A stretch of DNA of 56,383 bases from a virus (taxonomy: Duplodnaviria > Caudoviricetes), in the IMG/VR virus record IMGVR_UViG_3300021185_001079, positions 1 to 56,383 of that record; one strand, given 5' to 3'. Numbering within the stretch: the stretch's first letter is position 1; each line of letters opens with the position of its first letter. Below the pieces are notes generated by a model. The model did not search any database. It worked only from the letters and a program-made list of their open reading frames with translations, and was not told where the DNA came from. The position numbers and the translations under genes are program-made. Of this stretch, positions 38,945-47,630 are shown in pieces.

Positions 38945-40363
38945 ATGACTAGACAAAACACAGACTACGGGTACGAGATACAGAAAGTGTATCTTGAAAT
39001 GATGATGACAGATGCAGAGTCGTTTGTTAGAGCCCAAGCTGTGTTCGAGCCAACTAGCTTTGATCGTCGCTTGCAAGATACAGCAACGTTTTTAAATGAT
39101 TATGTTATAGAGCATAATGCACTGCCTACGTTTGACATGATTAATGCAGCAACTGACGGACAGTTGAAACACCCGGGCGACTTACAAGAGAATCACTATG
39201 ACTGGCTACTAAAAGAGTTTGAAACGTTTAGTAAGCATAAAGCATTAGAGAAAGCTATCTTAGACAGTGCCGACTTACTTGAGAAGGGTGAGTACGGAGC
39301 GTGTGAAGAGCTAGTCAAGAAAGCTGTACAGATAGGACTACAGAAAGACTTAGGTACAGACTACTGGGCTGACCCTCGAGGTAGACTAGAAGCGATTAAA
39401 GATAAGAACGGACAGATTAGCACAGGCTGGCCGGCACTAGATAAGAAATTGTTTGGTGGGTTCAACAGAGGTGAGCTTAATATCTTCGCAGGTGGTTCAG
39501 GGTCTGGTAAGAGTTTGTTCTTGGCTAATATGGGGGTGAACTGGGCACTAGCAGGTCTTAACGTAGTTTACTTAACGTTTGAGCTTTCAGAGAACTTGGT
39601 TAGTATGAGGGTCGACTCAATGACCACAGACATCCCCAGCAGAGATGTATTCAAGAGCATTGATGACGTAGAGATGAAGGTTAAGATGATCGGCAAGAAG
39701 TCGGGTGCCCTGCAAGTTAAGTATATGCCCACAGGCAAAAACGCCAATGACATCCGCTCATATTTAAAAGAGTATGAAATAAAAACAGGCAAAAAGGTAG
39801 ACGTATTGCTTGTAGACTACTTAGATTTGATGCACCCTATTGCAGCAAAGATAAGTGCAGAGAACTTGTTTGTAAAAGACAAGTACGTATCAGAAGAGCT
39901 TCGTAACCTAGCAATGGAACTACAGTGTATCTTTGTTACAGCGTCACAGCTAAACAGAAGCTCAGTAGAAGAGATTGAGTTTGATCACTCGCATATCTCG
40001 GGTGGTATTTCAAAGATCAATACAGCAGATAACTTGATTGGTATCTTTACAAGTAGAGCAATGCGTGAGCGCGGACGTTATCAGATTCAGTTGATGAAGA
40101 CACGTTCTAGTTCGGGTGTAGGACAAAAGATTGATCTAGAGTTTGACGTAGACAGTTTACGCATACGTGATTGTGAGCAAGACGACGATGACGGGTACAG
40201 CCCAAATACTTCAACTACTAGCAGCAACATACTTAGCAGTCTCAAGAGATCTCCAACTAATCCAGTAGACTCTCCAGACGAAGGTACAAGCATAGGCAAA
40301 GTAAACGCACAAACAGATTCAACTAAACTGCGTAGCTTCATTAACAATCTTGGTGGAGATTAA
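38945..40363 (+). CDS. Replicative helicase (DnaB/T4 gp41-like)
   Basis: GGSGSGKS, VDYLDLM, TASQLNR and KTR. Confidence 0.93.
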   Translation: MTRQNTDYGYEIQKVYLEMMMTDAESFVRAQAVFEPTSFDRRLQDTATFLNDYVIEHNALPTFDMINAATDGQLKHPGDLQENHYDWLLKEFETFSKHKALEKAILDSADLLEKGEYGACEELVKKAVQIGLQKDLGTDYWADPRGRLEAIKDKNGQISTGWPALDKKLFGGFNRGELNIFAGGSGSGKSLFLANMGVNWALAGLNVVYLTFELSENLVSMRVDSMTTDIPSRDVFKSIDDVEMKVKMIGKKSGALQVKYMPTGKNANDIRSYLKEYEIKTGKKVDVLLVDYLDLMHPIAAKISAENLFVKDKYVSEELRNLAMELQCIFVTASQLNRSSVEEIEFDHSHISGGISKINTADNLIGIFTSRAMRERGRYQIQLMKTRSSSGVGQKIDLEFDVDSLRIRDCEQDDDDGYSPNTSTTSSNILSSLKRSPTNPVDSPDEGTSIGKVNAQTDSTKLRSFINNLGGD

Positions 40364-40795
40364 ATGTTACAGAAACTAGATATTAAAACTATTGAAGCAA
40401 TCATAAAAGATGATCCTGTGCGTCCGCATATTCCAGCTGAGTGGAGAAACGGCAGTGGATCAGAAGTATACGGCTTATGGGATGAAGACTTCACCCGCAT
40501 CTGTGCAGCAGTATGTGTACACTATACAGATGTAGTTCCTACAAGCGAACTAGAGATGCTACACGCAACAGGTGATAGCATTGCTGTATTCTACACAGTA
40601 TGGAGTTATGCCAAAGGCAGTGGCAGAGAGATTATCTTTAGTGTTGCGAATCATATCAAGCAAACTCATCCCAACGTAAGTAGATACGTAACACTAAGTC
40701 CTCTTACTGATATGGCAGAACAATTCCATCTACGAAACGGCGCGACACTGGTCGGACGTTACGACACAGCGCAGAACTTCGAGTACGAGATCTAG
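40364..40795 (+). CDS. Hypothetical protein, possible GNAT-like fold
   Basis: FYTVWSYAKGSGRE...FHLRNG; GGAG RBS. Confidence 0.6.
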   Translation: MLQKLDIKTIEAIIKDDPVRPHIPAEWRNGSGSEVYGLWDEDFTRICAAVCVHYTDVVPTSELEMLHATGDSIAVFYTVWSYAKGSGREIIFSVANHIKQTHPNVSRYVTLSPLTDMAEQFHLRNGATLVGRYDTAQNFEYEI

Positions 40796-40998
40796 GGCGC
40801 ATATGCCAACAAGCACGAAGTGTTTGCTGCAAAAATTTTTTTCACTTAAACTACACACTTAACTAGCATATACTCATATTCCAGTACACTGCTACAAGCC
40901 GTACGCATAATAAAAAAACGAGTTCAACCTTAACGACAGACACATTCCGCCTAAGCGTTTTATACTGTTTTTAAAGGTTTTTAAAAAGATGGTTCTTT

Positions 40999-41202
40999 TT
41001 AGAGTAATTCAAAGTCTACAGAGTGCAGTTTCATAGTAGCTAGTGTGCGATGCGCAACACAGTCAAACTCTAGTACACTCGACGAACTTTGATATGACTC
41101 TATTCCATGCTGTGTGTACAGTTCTAAACATAATGCGGCTGTGCGTGTGTCAGCTGTGTCGTAAGCGTAGGAGCTAGGATAGAGTATTCTGAGTTTAAAC
41201 AT
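40999..41202 (-). CDS. Small hypothetical protein, late-promoter type
   Basis: TAAATA-N5-ATG on the minus strand. Confidence 0.55.
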   Translation of the reverse strand: MFKLRILYPSSYAYDTADTRTAALCLELYTQHGIESYQSSSSVLEFDCVAHRTLATMKLHSVDFELL

Positions 41203-41529
41203 ATGTGTATTTATTGCACACAGCGTTTCAGCTAGTCTGCTGAAGTGTAGTTATTCGCTATGCGGGCTACTGAGTTGATTGTTCGGACTGTGAGTAAGCA
41301 CTGTGCGCAACATATTTAGCGCACGGTTAAGAGGTCCAGTTTAAATTGAGCGTAGCTCAATTAGCTGCAAGCAGCTTTTCTATTATCGTACGTAGTTGTT
41401 TGCGTTGCGTGTGCGTTAGACTAGAGTTAGCATCCAACTCTTCTCTTATACGCTGTATGAGACCGTCCACGTCATCTGGGTGTACTGTGAGCACTGTAGT
41501 AAGATGACGTATAAGATAGTCTATAAACA

Positions 41530-41649
41530 TTAGTGTAGCCCCAAGCTCCACATCCATACAGGAATAATTATGAAATGAAAAGCTACACATAGAAACAGCA
41601 TGAGTTTCACTGTGAGCATATTACCTCGACCATCGTTATTATTGTTCAT
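41530..41649 (-). CDS. Small membrane protein
   Basis: TAAATA-N4-ATG; 39 aa with one hydrophobic helix. Confidence 0.5.
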   Translation of the reverse strand: MNNNNDGRGNMLTVKLMLFLCVAFHFIIIPVWMWSLGLH

Positions 41650-41908
41650 ATCGTATTTACCCGAAATGGGTCCTAGCGTAAAAAAAAATTGCTGCGCGGA
41701 TTTTTTAGGTGAAGTACTTACAGAAGTGAGGTGGTGATTTTGCATCACTCCATTTTTTAAGGCTTTGTTGTTTGTTTTTGTAAAGTAAAAAATTTAATTA
41801 TATAACCCCGACCCCCCGAGATTTATTTTTTTATTTTTTTTATAACATAAAAAAATTTGTAATGCAAGTGTTTTTTTTACTTGCATTACTATTTTATTTG
41901 TGCTAGTG

Positions 41909-42121
41909 TTATTTTAAAAAACTTAACACTTGTGCTTCCGTGTAGCGTGTGCAGTCGTTTGCATTAGCTGTGCGCAAGCTGCGCTGTAGCTGTTGCGTGT
42001 AAGGTGCTACGCTAAACGCATCTGCGCGATAGTAGTGTTGCAGCTTTGCTACTGCTGTTGCTGATAGCTTTTGTGCGTATGTTAAATGTGTTAAGCCCGG
42101 CTCCGTTACAACGTAATACAT
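41909..42121 (-). CDS. Early hypothetical protein (GA/GG-depleted island 1)
   Basis: AAGGAG RBS and promoter-hairpin upstream. Confidence 0.65.
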   Translation of the reverse strand: MYYVVTEPGLTHLTYAQKLSATAVAKLQHYYRADAFSVAPYTQQLQRSLRTANANDCTRYTEAQVLSFLK

Positions 42122-42201
42122 AGTGCGCTCCTTGTGCTGCTATACAACTGTTGTAGCACTTGCGCTATACAAACGCAAGTGCTAATTTGCTTTTATTTAA
42201 A

Positions 42202-42396
42202 TTAATTTTGCCACGCTAACACTTTGCCGTTTTGCACTTGCACTATGCAGCGTTGCATGTGTCCGCATACAGTGCGCACGTTTGCATAGTAATGCACAAT
42301 GTCGCCTGCTGCTGCTTTAACTTTGTTATAGTATTCAAAGCTAGTAAACGTAAGCGAGTTGTGTACAAGCGCATGTTTGTTACATAATGTTTTCAT
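42202..42396 (-). CDS. Early hypothetical protein (island 1)
   Basis: AAGGAG RBS before MKTL. Confidence 0.65.
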   Translation of the reverse strand: MKTLCNKHALVHNSLTFTSFEYYNKVKAAAGDIVHYYANVRTVCGHMQRCIVQVQNGKVLAWQN

Positions 42397-42482
42397 TTGC
42401 AGCTCCTTGTTTGCTATACATACTGTGTAACAGCTTTTGCATAACAGTGCAAGTAAAAAATGCACTGTTATGCTTTTTATTT

Positions 42483-42740
42483 TTAATTAATATACGTTAG
42501 TTGTGCGTGTATATTTTCACGTACTACAGTGTCTAACGTGCTGCTTAGTGCAGCGTTTGCTAAACTTGCTGCATTAGTATGCTGTGCGTAGTTTGCATAT
42601 ACATACTGCAATGCTTGCACATTGTCTAATATGCTGTAGTCATTTTTTTCCGCTACGCTGTCATGTGCAGCAGCTTTTATTTTTGTAGCTAAATTTTCAA
42701 TAGTTGCAATAACTGTGTTTGTGTATTTTGTGTTTTGCAT
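42483..42740 (-). CDS. Early hypothetical protein (island 1)
   Basis: 85 aa, no G/P/W; leader AAAGTAGTAAAAC-ATG. Confidence 0.65.
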   Translation of the reverse strand: MQNTKYTNTVIATIENLATKIKAAAHDSVAEKNDYSILDNVQALQYVYANYAQHTNAASLANAALSSTLDTVVRENIHAQLTYIN

Positions 42741-42835
42741 GTTTTACTACTTTGCTGTTTTGTTGCTTACAAATATGTTGTAGCATGTTAAGCGTAGCAT
42801 AGCAAGCACTAACTGCACTTGCTATGCTTTTTATT

Positions 42836-43354
42836 TTAGTTTAAGTTAAGCGTTTGCTTGTTAGCTGTTATGCTGTTAATATTGTGCAGCGCTATTGTGC
42901 GTACTACAACGCTATGCGTTACGTTGTTAGTAGCGTTGTACGTTGTGCTTGTGTTAGTTAGCAGCTTTTGTGCTGCACTAGCAGTTAAGTATTGCGCTAC
43001 TTGCTGCTTTGTTGCTGCTACGTTGTTAATTGTATACGTGCTGCTTGCTGCGTTAAAAATTGCATACAAATACAAATTGTTGTTTGTTTTGTGCTGCACA
43101 ATGCTATAGCAGCTTGTGTGCTTAAAGTAATTGCTGCTAGTAACAAAATTTTGTGTGTTTGCATTTTTGTTTACTGCGTTTGCAAATACGCTAGTAGCAG
43201 CTTTAATGTTTGCAAATAGCTGCACGTTTGCGCTAGTAGTTTTTTTAATTACTACAGCTTTGTGCGCTGCTGCTGTTTTAACTGTTGTAGTGTAGTTTAC
43301 GTTTGCAAAAGTTGTGCTTGCGTTTGCTAGTAATTTTTTTATTTGCTGTTGCAT
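42836..43354 (-). CDS. Early hypothetical protein lacking D, E, G, P and W
   Basis: 172-aa ORF with promoter TTTACA-N17-TATACA and leader matching its neighbours. Confidence 0.75.
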   Translation of the reverse strand: MQQQIKKLLANASTTFANVNYTTTVKTAAAHKAVVIKKTTSANVQLFANIKAATSVFANAVNKNANTQNFVTSSNYFKHTSCYSIVQHKTNNNLYLYAIFNAASSTYTINNVAATKQQVAQYLTASAAQKLLTNTSTTYNATNNVTHSVVVRTIALHNINSITANKQTLNLN

Positions 43355-43512
43355 GTTTTACACTTTGCTGTTTGTTGCTTACAAGTAGTGTATAGCAGCT
43401 TTTAAAACAGTTGTAAAGCATAAAATTAATTTATTTTAGCTATTGCATTACATTTTTATTTGTGCTACAGTTAAGTAGCGGCCTCTGAGGTTTGGTCCGA
43501 CTGAGGTAAAAG

Positions 43513-43543
43513 TAGGAGACAACTGTTGCCAGCTGCCTCCTTG
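43513..43543 (-). terminator. Probable terminator, GCAA tetraloop
   Basis: Minus-strand AGGAGGCAGCUG-GCAA-CAGUUGUCUCCU followed by ACUUUU. Confidence 0.65.
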
Positions 43544-43603
43544 TGGGGTTGTGTGTGCCGCTTGCGCCTGTGTGCTACACCTCTGCGCCTTAGCTGCGGC
43601 TTG

Positions 43604-43732
43604 CTAGTATCCAAAGCCATATGCAATATACATTACGACTGGTGGAATGGCGAATAAACTTAATACGCTTAGTACATCTTGTGCAAAGTTCTTTAGCGTT
43701 AAGTCTGCTAGTACTTCGTTTAAATAATTCAT
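43604..43732 (-). CDS. Small membrane protein (not in ORF track)
   Basis: AAGGAG RBS; MNYLNEVLADL...MYIAYGFGY, 42 aa. Confidence 0.6.
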   Translation of the reverse strand: MNYLNEVLADLTLKNFAQDVLSVLSLFAIPPVVMYIAYGFGY

Positions 43733-43794
43733 CGTGTGCTCCTTTGTTGCTTAGTAGTACACTAGCGCATTGCTGCGCTAGTGTCAACACCTAA

Positions 43795-43968
43795 TTAGTC
43801 ACTCATGCAACGTTCCATTGCTTCGCCTTGTGCAAGTGTAATGCCATACTGTTCAAAGTGCTGTGCATCTGCTGCTACACGCATCTCTGTTGCTTTACGT
43901 GCTTGCTCGGCAGTAAGCCCTGTTTGCATTGCGTTAAGGAAAAATTCGTCTTGCTGTAAGTCTGTCAT
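43795..43968 (-). CDS. Early hypothetical protein (not in ORF track)
   Basis: GAGGAG RBS; MTDLQQDEFF..., 57 aa. Confidence 0.65.
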   Translation of the reverse strand: MTDLQQDEFFLNAMQTGLTAEQARKATEMRVAADAQHFEQYGITLAQGEAMERCMSD

Positions 43969-44027
43969 GTTGTGCTCCTCATTTGCTATACAAGTACACT
44001 AGCGCCTTTCAACGCTAGTGTCAACAC

Positions 44028-44246
44028 CTAATTAAAATTAACTTTGACAACTTTGCCTGCAGGATCAAACATTACACTAACACGTTTGGTTGCAGTGCGG
44101 CCTCTGGTTCTAGTTTCCCACCAAGCATCCGCTTCTTCTTGTGTGTCAACCAACAGCACTGAATTCTCCAAGTCGCCTTGTGTTGCGGGCTTACCTGTGT
44201 TGCTGTCCATTTGTCTTTTGCTAAACTGTCCTCTAAGTTCCCACAT
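44028..44246 (-). CDS. Early hypothetical protein
   Basis: AGGAGG RBS before MWEL. Confidence 0.65.
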   Translation of the reverse strand: MWELRGQFSKRQMDSNTGKPATQGDLENSVLLVDTQEEADAWWETRTRGRTATKRVSVMFDPAGKVVKVNFN

Positions 44247-44341
44247 CGTGTTACCTCCTGTGTAAGCAACGTGTAACACGATGCGGGACCTGTGTCAACC
44301 AATAATAACGATCTTATAGCAGAGATCTTATTGGCTCTTAC

Positions 44342-44620
44342 CTAGCTGAGGGCATTGGCTAGGCGTAGTGTTTCCAGTTTGTGCATAATGCCCGAGACAT
44401 CAGCTGCGTCTAGTCCAGGAATAACATCATCGGAGAACTCTTCGTAGTAGTCAGGATGTATGCCTGGCAGTTGGACAAACCTATCGTCATCAAACACAGC
44501 CACTTCGTACAGTGTTTTCCACGGCTCCAGTATTACACTCAGTTGATACTGGCCGAACTGTGCCTTGGCTTGCTTGATGCCTGTTTGTGGGACTGTTTTA
44601 AATTCTAGCGTGTTAAACAT
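44342..44620 (-). CDS. Early hypothetical protein
   Basis: GAGGAG RBS before MFNT; LYEVAVF motif. Confidence 0.65.
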   Translation of the reverse strand: MFNTLEFKTVPQTGIKQAKAQFGQYQLSVILEPWKTLYEVAVFDDDRFVQLPGIHPDYYEEFSDDVIPGLDAADVSGIMHKLETLRLANALS

Positions 44621-44680
44621 TGTGTGCTCCTCTGTTGCATGTTTGTTGTAGCACATTGCTGTGCCACTGTCAACCTCTTT

Positions 44681-44923
44681 TTAATCTAAATCGCACTGCC
44701 ATCTGTTGTTCTTAAATTCTGCCACCAACTTAGTGTCCATCATTCCAAACGGGCTGCAAATGGTTGCATATGGCGATGATGCGTCATTGAGGAACAAGTC
44801 AAAGCGCTGGCAACGGATCGTGCCTTCTTCTGTGCCGAAGCCTGAATTAAAGAAGAAAACATCTAATGTGTCTCCGCTTTGGATGTTGCGTGTTTTTGGA
44901 AATTTGCTTACGAACGGTTTCAT
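44681..44923 (-). CDS. Early hypothetical protein
   Basis: Cassette promoter and RBS. Confidence 0.65.
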   Translation of the reverse strand: MKPFVSKFPKTRNIQSGDTLDVFFFNSGFGTEEGTIRCQRFDLFLNDASSPYATICSPFGMMDTKLVAEFKNNRWQCDLD

Positions 44924-44974
44924 CTTGTGCTCCTCTGTTGCTTAGTAGTACACTAGTGTCTGGCAGTCCCAGTG

Positions 44975-45262
44975 TCAACCAAAAACAGCGTATTCGTTAT
45001 TCTTTTTCAGGTGCCATTTCTCTACTACAGGAAGACCAAATTCATCTTCGTCCACAACGATCACAGCAACCGTTTTCTTAACGTGCGCAAACCTATAGCC
45101 TGTCATGCCGCATACACCGCCGCCACCTACCCAAACCTTGTGTGGGAAGTCTTCGGAAAAGCCTGAAATAGGTTCATCGTTGACACTGTATTCAAAATAG
45201 TTACCAGTGTCCTTCTCTACGAAGCAACCAATTGGATCTTTTGTGTAAGTGTAATAAGCCAT
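44975..45262 (-). CDS. Early hypothetical protein
   Basis: Cassette promoter and AGGAGG RBS. Confidence 0.7.
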   Translation of the reverse strand: MAYYTYTKDPIGCFVEKDTGNYFEYSVNDEPISGFSEDFPHKVWVGGGGVCGMTGYRFAHVKKTVAVIVVDEDEFGLPVVEKWHLKKNNEYAVFG

Positions 45263-45334
45263 GTGCGCCTCCTGCTGCCTTGCTATACAAGTACACTAGC
45301 GCCTTTCAGCGCCAGTGTCAACCTTTTTATTTGG

Positions 45335-45496
45335 TTACGATTTGGTTACAGTCACTCTGTGATGAGCACGACCTGAGTAGGCGCTTGCACTTACCCCTGC
45401 AATGCGACAGCCTTTTTCATGTGCTGAGTGTTCGCCCAGTGCCATTACTTCGCCGATCAACTTGCTGTCATAATATACTTTGTATCTCTCAAACAT
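45335..45496 (-). CDS. Early hypothetical protein
   Basis: GAGGAG RBS before MFER. Confidence 0.6.
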   Translation of the reverse strand: MFERYKVYYDSKLIGEVMALGEHSAHEKGCRIAGVSASAYSGRAHHRVTVTKS

Positions 45497-45559
45497 AATT
45501 GCTCCTCGTTTGCTATACAAGTAAACTAGCGCATTGCTGCGCTAGTGTCAACACCTAAA

Positions 45560-45883
45560 TTAGTTGTCTAGCGCATCATTTAGCGCTTCAATCACAGCCG
45601 CTACCGCCTTGTCGTTGTATCCGCCTATGTGCCAATCGTAGCTGGCTACAGGTGTGTATCCTGTTTTCCAATTGTATATGCTTGCTACAATGTACTCATC
45701 TGCCTGTGTGTCGTACAGCTCTATGTTCCACTCTGTGTTTACTTTCTCATTCCTGTCATCGATGTTGTATGTTGGAGCACCAAATGCAATTACTAAGTCT
45801 GCATAGGTTGTGCGTACTGTGCCTAACAAGCTAGTGCCGTTTACTGCTACGTCTGCGCCTGTATCTGCAATTGCCATAACCAT
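45560..45883 (-). CDS. Early hypothetical protein
   Basis: GTSLLG...KVNTEW...IYNWK...WHIGG; AAGGA RBS. Confidence 0.7.
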   Translation of the reverse strand: MVMAIADTGADVAVNGTSLLGTVRTTYADLVIAFGAPTYNIDDRNEKVNTEWNIELYDTQADEYIVASIYNWKTGYTPVASYDWHIGGYNDKAVAAVIEALNDALDN

Positions 45884-45964
45884 TTGTAAGTTCCTTGTTT
45901 GTGTTCCTATACAAACATCATAGCGTCTTTGCACTGGGCTGTCAACACCTAAATGAAAGTTTTT

Positions 45965-46144
45965 TTAGAAACCAAAGTACCACCAAACCACTTTGTAAGC
46001 AACCCAACATCCAAATAGAATGGTAACATTGTAAAGGAGGCTCGCCCAGACTTGTTCGAAGAATCCACTCTCTTCGTTACATGCGTGACACCTCGGTGCG
46101 AAGAAACTCTTGTCCATAGTGTGACAGTTAATGCATATTGCCAT
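45965..46144 (-). CDS. Small Zn-ribbon membrane protein
   Basis: CINC...CHAC plus C-terminal hydrophobic helix; AGGAGG RBS. Confidence 0.6.
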   Translation of the reverse strand: MAICINCHTMDKSFFAPRCHACNEESGFFEQVWASLLYNVTILFGCWVAYKVVWWYFGF

Positions 46145-46165
46145 AAGCGGCCTCCTTTGTGTGTT

Positions 46166-46242
46166 TGGTGCTCCCACTAGGACTCGAACCTAGGACCAAA
46201 GCGTTATGAGCGCTCTGCTCTAACCAACTGAGCTACAGGAGC
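46166..46242 (-). tRNA. tRNA with CAT anticodon, probably Ile2 (lysidine) rather than Met
   Basis: Cloverleaf, CTCATAA loop, C4/C5 in acceptor stem, encoded CCA. Confidence 0.85.
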
Positions 46243-46252
46243 ATTATTATAT

Positions 46253-46328
46253 TGGTGAGCCGTACAGGATTTGAACCTGTGACCCACTGATTAAAAGTCA
46301 GTTGCTCTACCAACTGAGCTAACGGCCC
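46253..46328 (-). tRNA. tRNA-Lys(TTT)
   Basis: GGGCCGTTAGCTCAG...CTTTTAA...GGTTCAAATCC...CCA. Confidence 0.95.
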
Positions 46329-46338
46329 ACTTTATATT

Positions 46339-46422
46339 TGGTACCCGCGGCCGGACTCGAACCGGCACGCCTTGCGGCCACAGATTTTAAGTCTGTTATG
46401 TCTACCATTCCATCACGCGGGC
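46339..46422 (-). tRNA. tRNA-Leu(TAA)
   Basis: Long variable arm, CTTAAAA loop, GGTTCGAGTCC, CCA. Confidence 0.95.
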
Positions 46423-46426
46423 GTAT

Positions 46427-46503
46427 TGGCGGTCCCTATAGGATTCGAACCTATGACCTACTGCTTAGAAGGCAGTTGCTCTATCCAGCTGAGCTAAGGA
46501 ACC
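46427..46503 (-). tRNA. tRNA-Arg(TCT)
   Basis: CTTCTAA loop, GGTTCGAATCC, GCCA end. Confidence 0.95.
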
Positions 46504-46516
46504 TTTGTTGTAATTT

Positions 46517-46545
46517 ACTATAGCATAGTCATTGTGTGTTGTCAA
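46517..46545 (-). promoter_or_regulatory. Sigma70 promoter of the tRNA operon
   Basis: TTGACA-N17-TATAGT. Confidence 0.8.
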
Positions 46546-46805
46546 TCACAATCATCATGCCAGCTTGAATTAATCTCTCCTCTGTAAAAGACATTGTGAG
46601 CCCATTCGTCTGCGTCATCAAAGAACTCTGAGCTCACAAGGAACACGTTCGACTCGTCCGTCTCCTCGATGTCAACATTCATTCTAGCGGCTTCTTCATA
46701 CAGTGTGTCATATGTGTCCGCAGTCATCGCCGCATACACTACAACCTGTTCGTCTTGCACCTCCCAGACTCCTTTGGCAGTTGCTTCTTCGTGTCCTAAA
46801 ATCAT
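46542..46805 (-). CDS. Early acidic hypothetical protein
   Basis: AAGGAG RBS. Confidence 0.65.
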   Translation of the reverse strand: MILGHEEATAKGVWEVQDEQVVVYAAMTADTYDTLYEEAARMNVDIEETDESNVFLVSSEFFDDADEWAHNVFYRGEINSSWHDDCD

Positions 46806-46901
46806 CTTGCTCTCCTTACATGTATAGCAGCGGGGCCTGTCGCCTCTGCGTTGTGTGTTACACTAGCACATTGCTGCGCTAGTGTAAAGTGTTTTTATTA
46901 G

Positions 46902-47150
46902 CTATGCTAATACGTCATATGCTGCTTCTATAATATTATGCGCACAGCTGTCTGTAGCAAAGCCCTCCTCCGCTGCAAAATCAACGCTGCTGCTGCACAT
47001 AATAACATCTGTTTGCCAATTAATGTTATGTTGCTTAAACACTGCTGCTAATTGTGCTGCTGTGTTTACTGCTGCAACTTGTACGTTGTTAACAGTTACA
47101 ACAATTACTGCGTCTTGTGCGTTTAAAAATACGTTGTTTGTTTTTTGCAT
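46902..47150 (-). CDS. Early hypothetical protein (island 2)
   Basis: GAGGG RBS; TTTACA variant cassette promoter. Confidence 0.7.
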   Translation of the reverse strand: MQKTNNVFLNAQDAVIVVTVNNVQVAAVNTAAQLAAVFKQHNINWQTDVIMCSSSVDFAAEEGFATDSCAHNIIEAAYDVLA

Positions 47151-47222
47151 AATACTTCCCTCTATGCTTGTTAACTTATAAAGTACACTAGCACATTGCT
47201 GCGCTAGTGTAAAGTGTTTTTT

Positions 47223-47630
47223 TTAATATGCTGCAAAAATATTTGCTGCTAAGTTTGCAAATGTGCTGTCGTTAGCAGCAGCGTCATTACACGCATCCTC
47301 AAATTGCTCCGCTATGCACTCCCTGTACTCTGTGTCGTAGCATAGCAGTGCTTGTGCTGCTTGTGCTAGTGTAAACGTAAACACAGCACTATCGTCGTCT
47401 GCTGTTGCATAAAGCATTTGCAAATTGTCTAGCACTTCCATTGCGTCCTGTAAACGCACAAAGTACTGCTCGTCGTCGTCTGTTACGCAGCTTGCGTTTA
47501 ATGCTGTTAAGTTTTGCAATACGTCTGCAATAAACTGTACTACAAACGCTTTGTGTGCTTGTGTAAGTGTAAAGTTTACAACTGTATTGTTGTTTAAATT
47601 TGTAAAAACTTGTGTGTTTACTGTATACAT
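47223..47630 (-). CDS. Early hypothetical protein lacking G, P and W (island 2)
   Basis: 135 aa; leader AAAGTAGTAAAAAAC-ATG. Confidence 0.7.
   Translation of the reverse strand: MYTVNTQVFTNLNNNTVVNFTLTQAHKAFVVQFIADVLQNLTALNASCVTDDDEQYFVRLQDAMEVLDNLQMLYATADDDSAVFTFTLAQAAQALLCYDTEYRECIAEQFEDACNDAAANDSTFANLAANIFAAY

Noticed and set aside
1909-40347. Many 60-130 aa ORFs antisense to or nested in core genes
   Set aside because: They overlap well-supported genes and show no RBS or recognisable motifs.
42836-43354. Spurious ORF or low-complexity artefact
   Set aside because: The sequence is non-repetitive, stays open for 172 codons in AT-rich DNA, and has a promoter and leader like its neighbours on the same strand.
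43590-43790. 66-aa minus ORF from the track
   Set aside because: It starts inside the promoter repeat; the RBS supports a different frame, 43604-43732.
46338-46523. 61-aa + strand ORF
   Set aside because: Antisense shadow of tRNA-Leu and tRNA-Arg.
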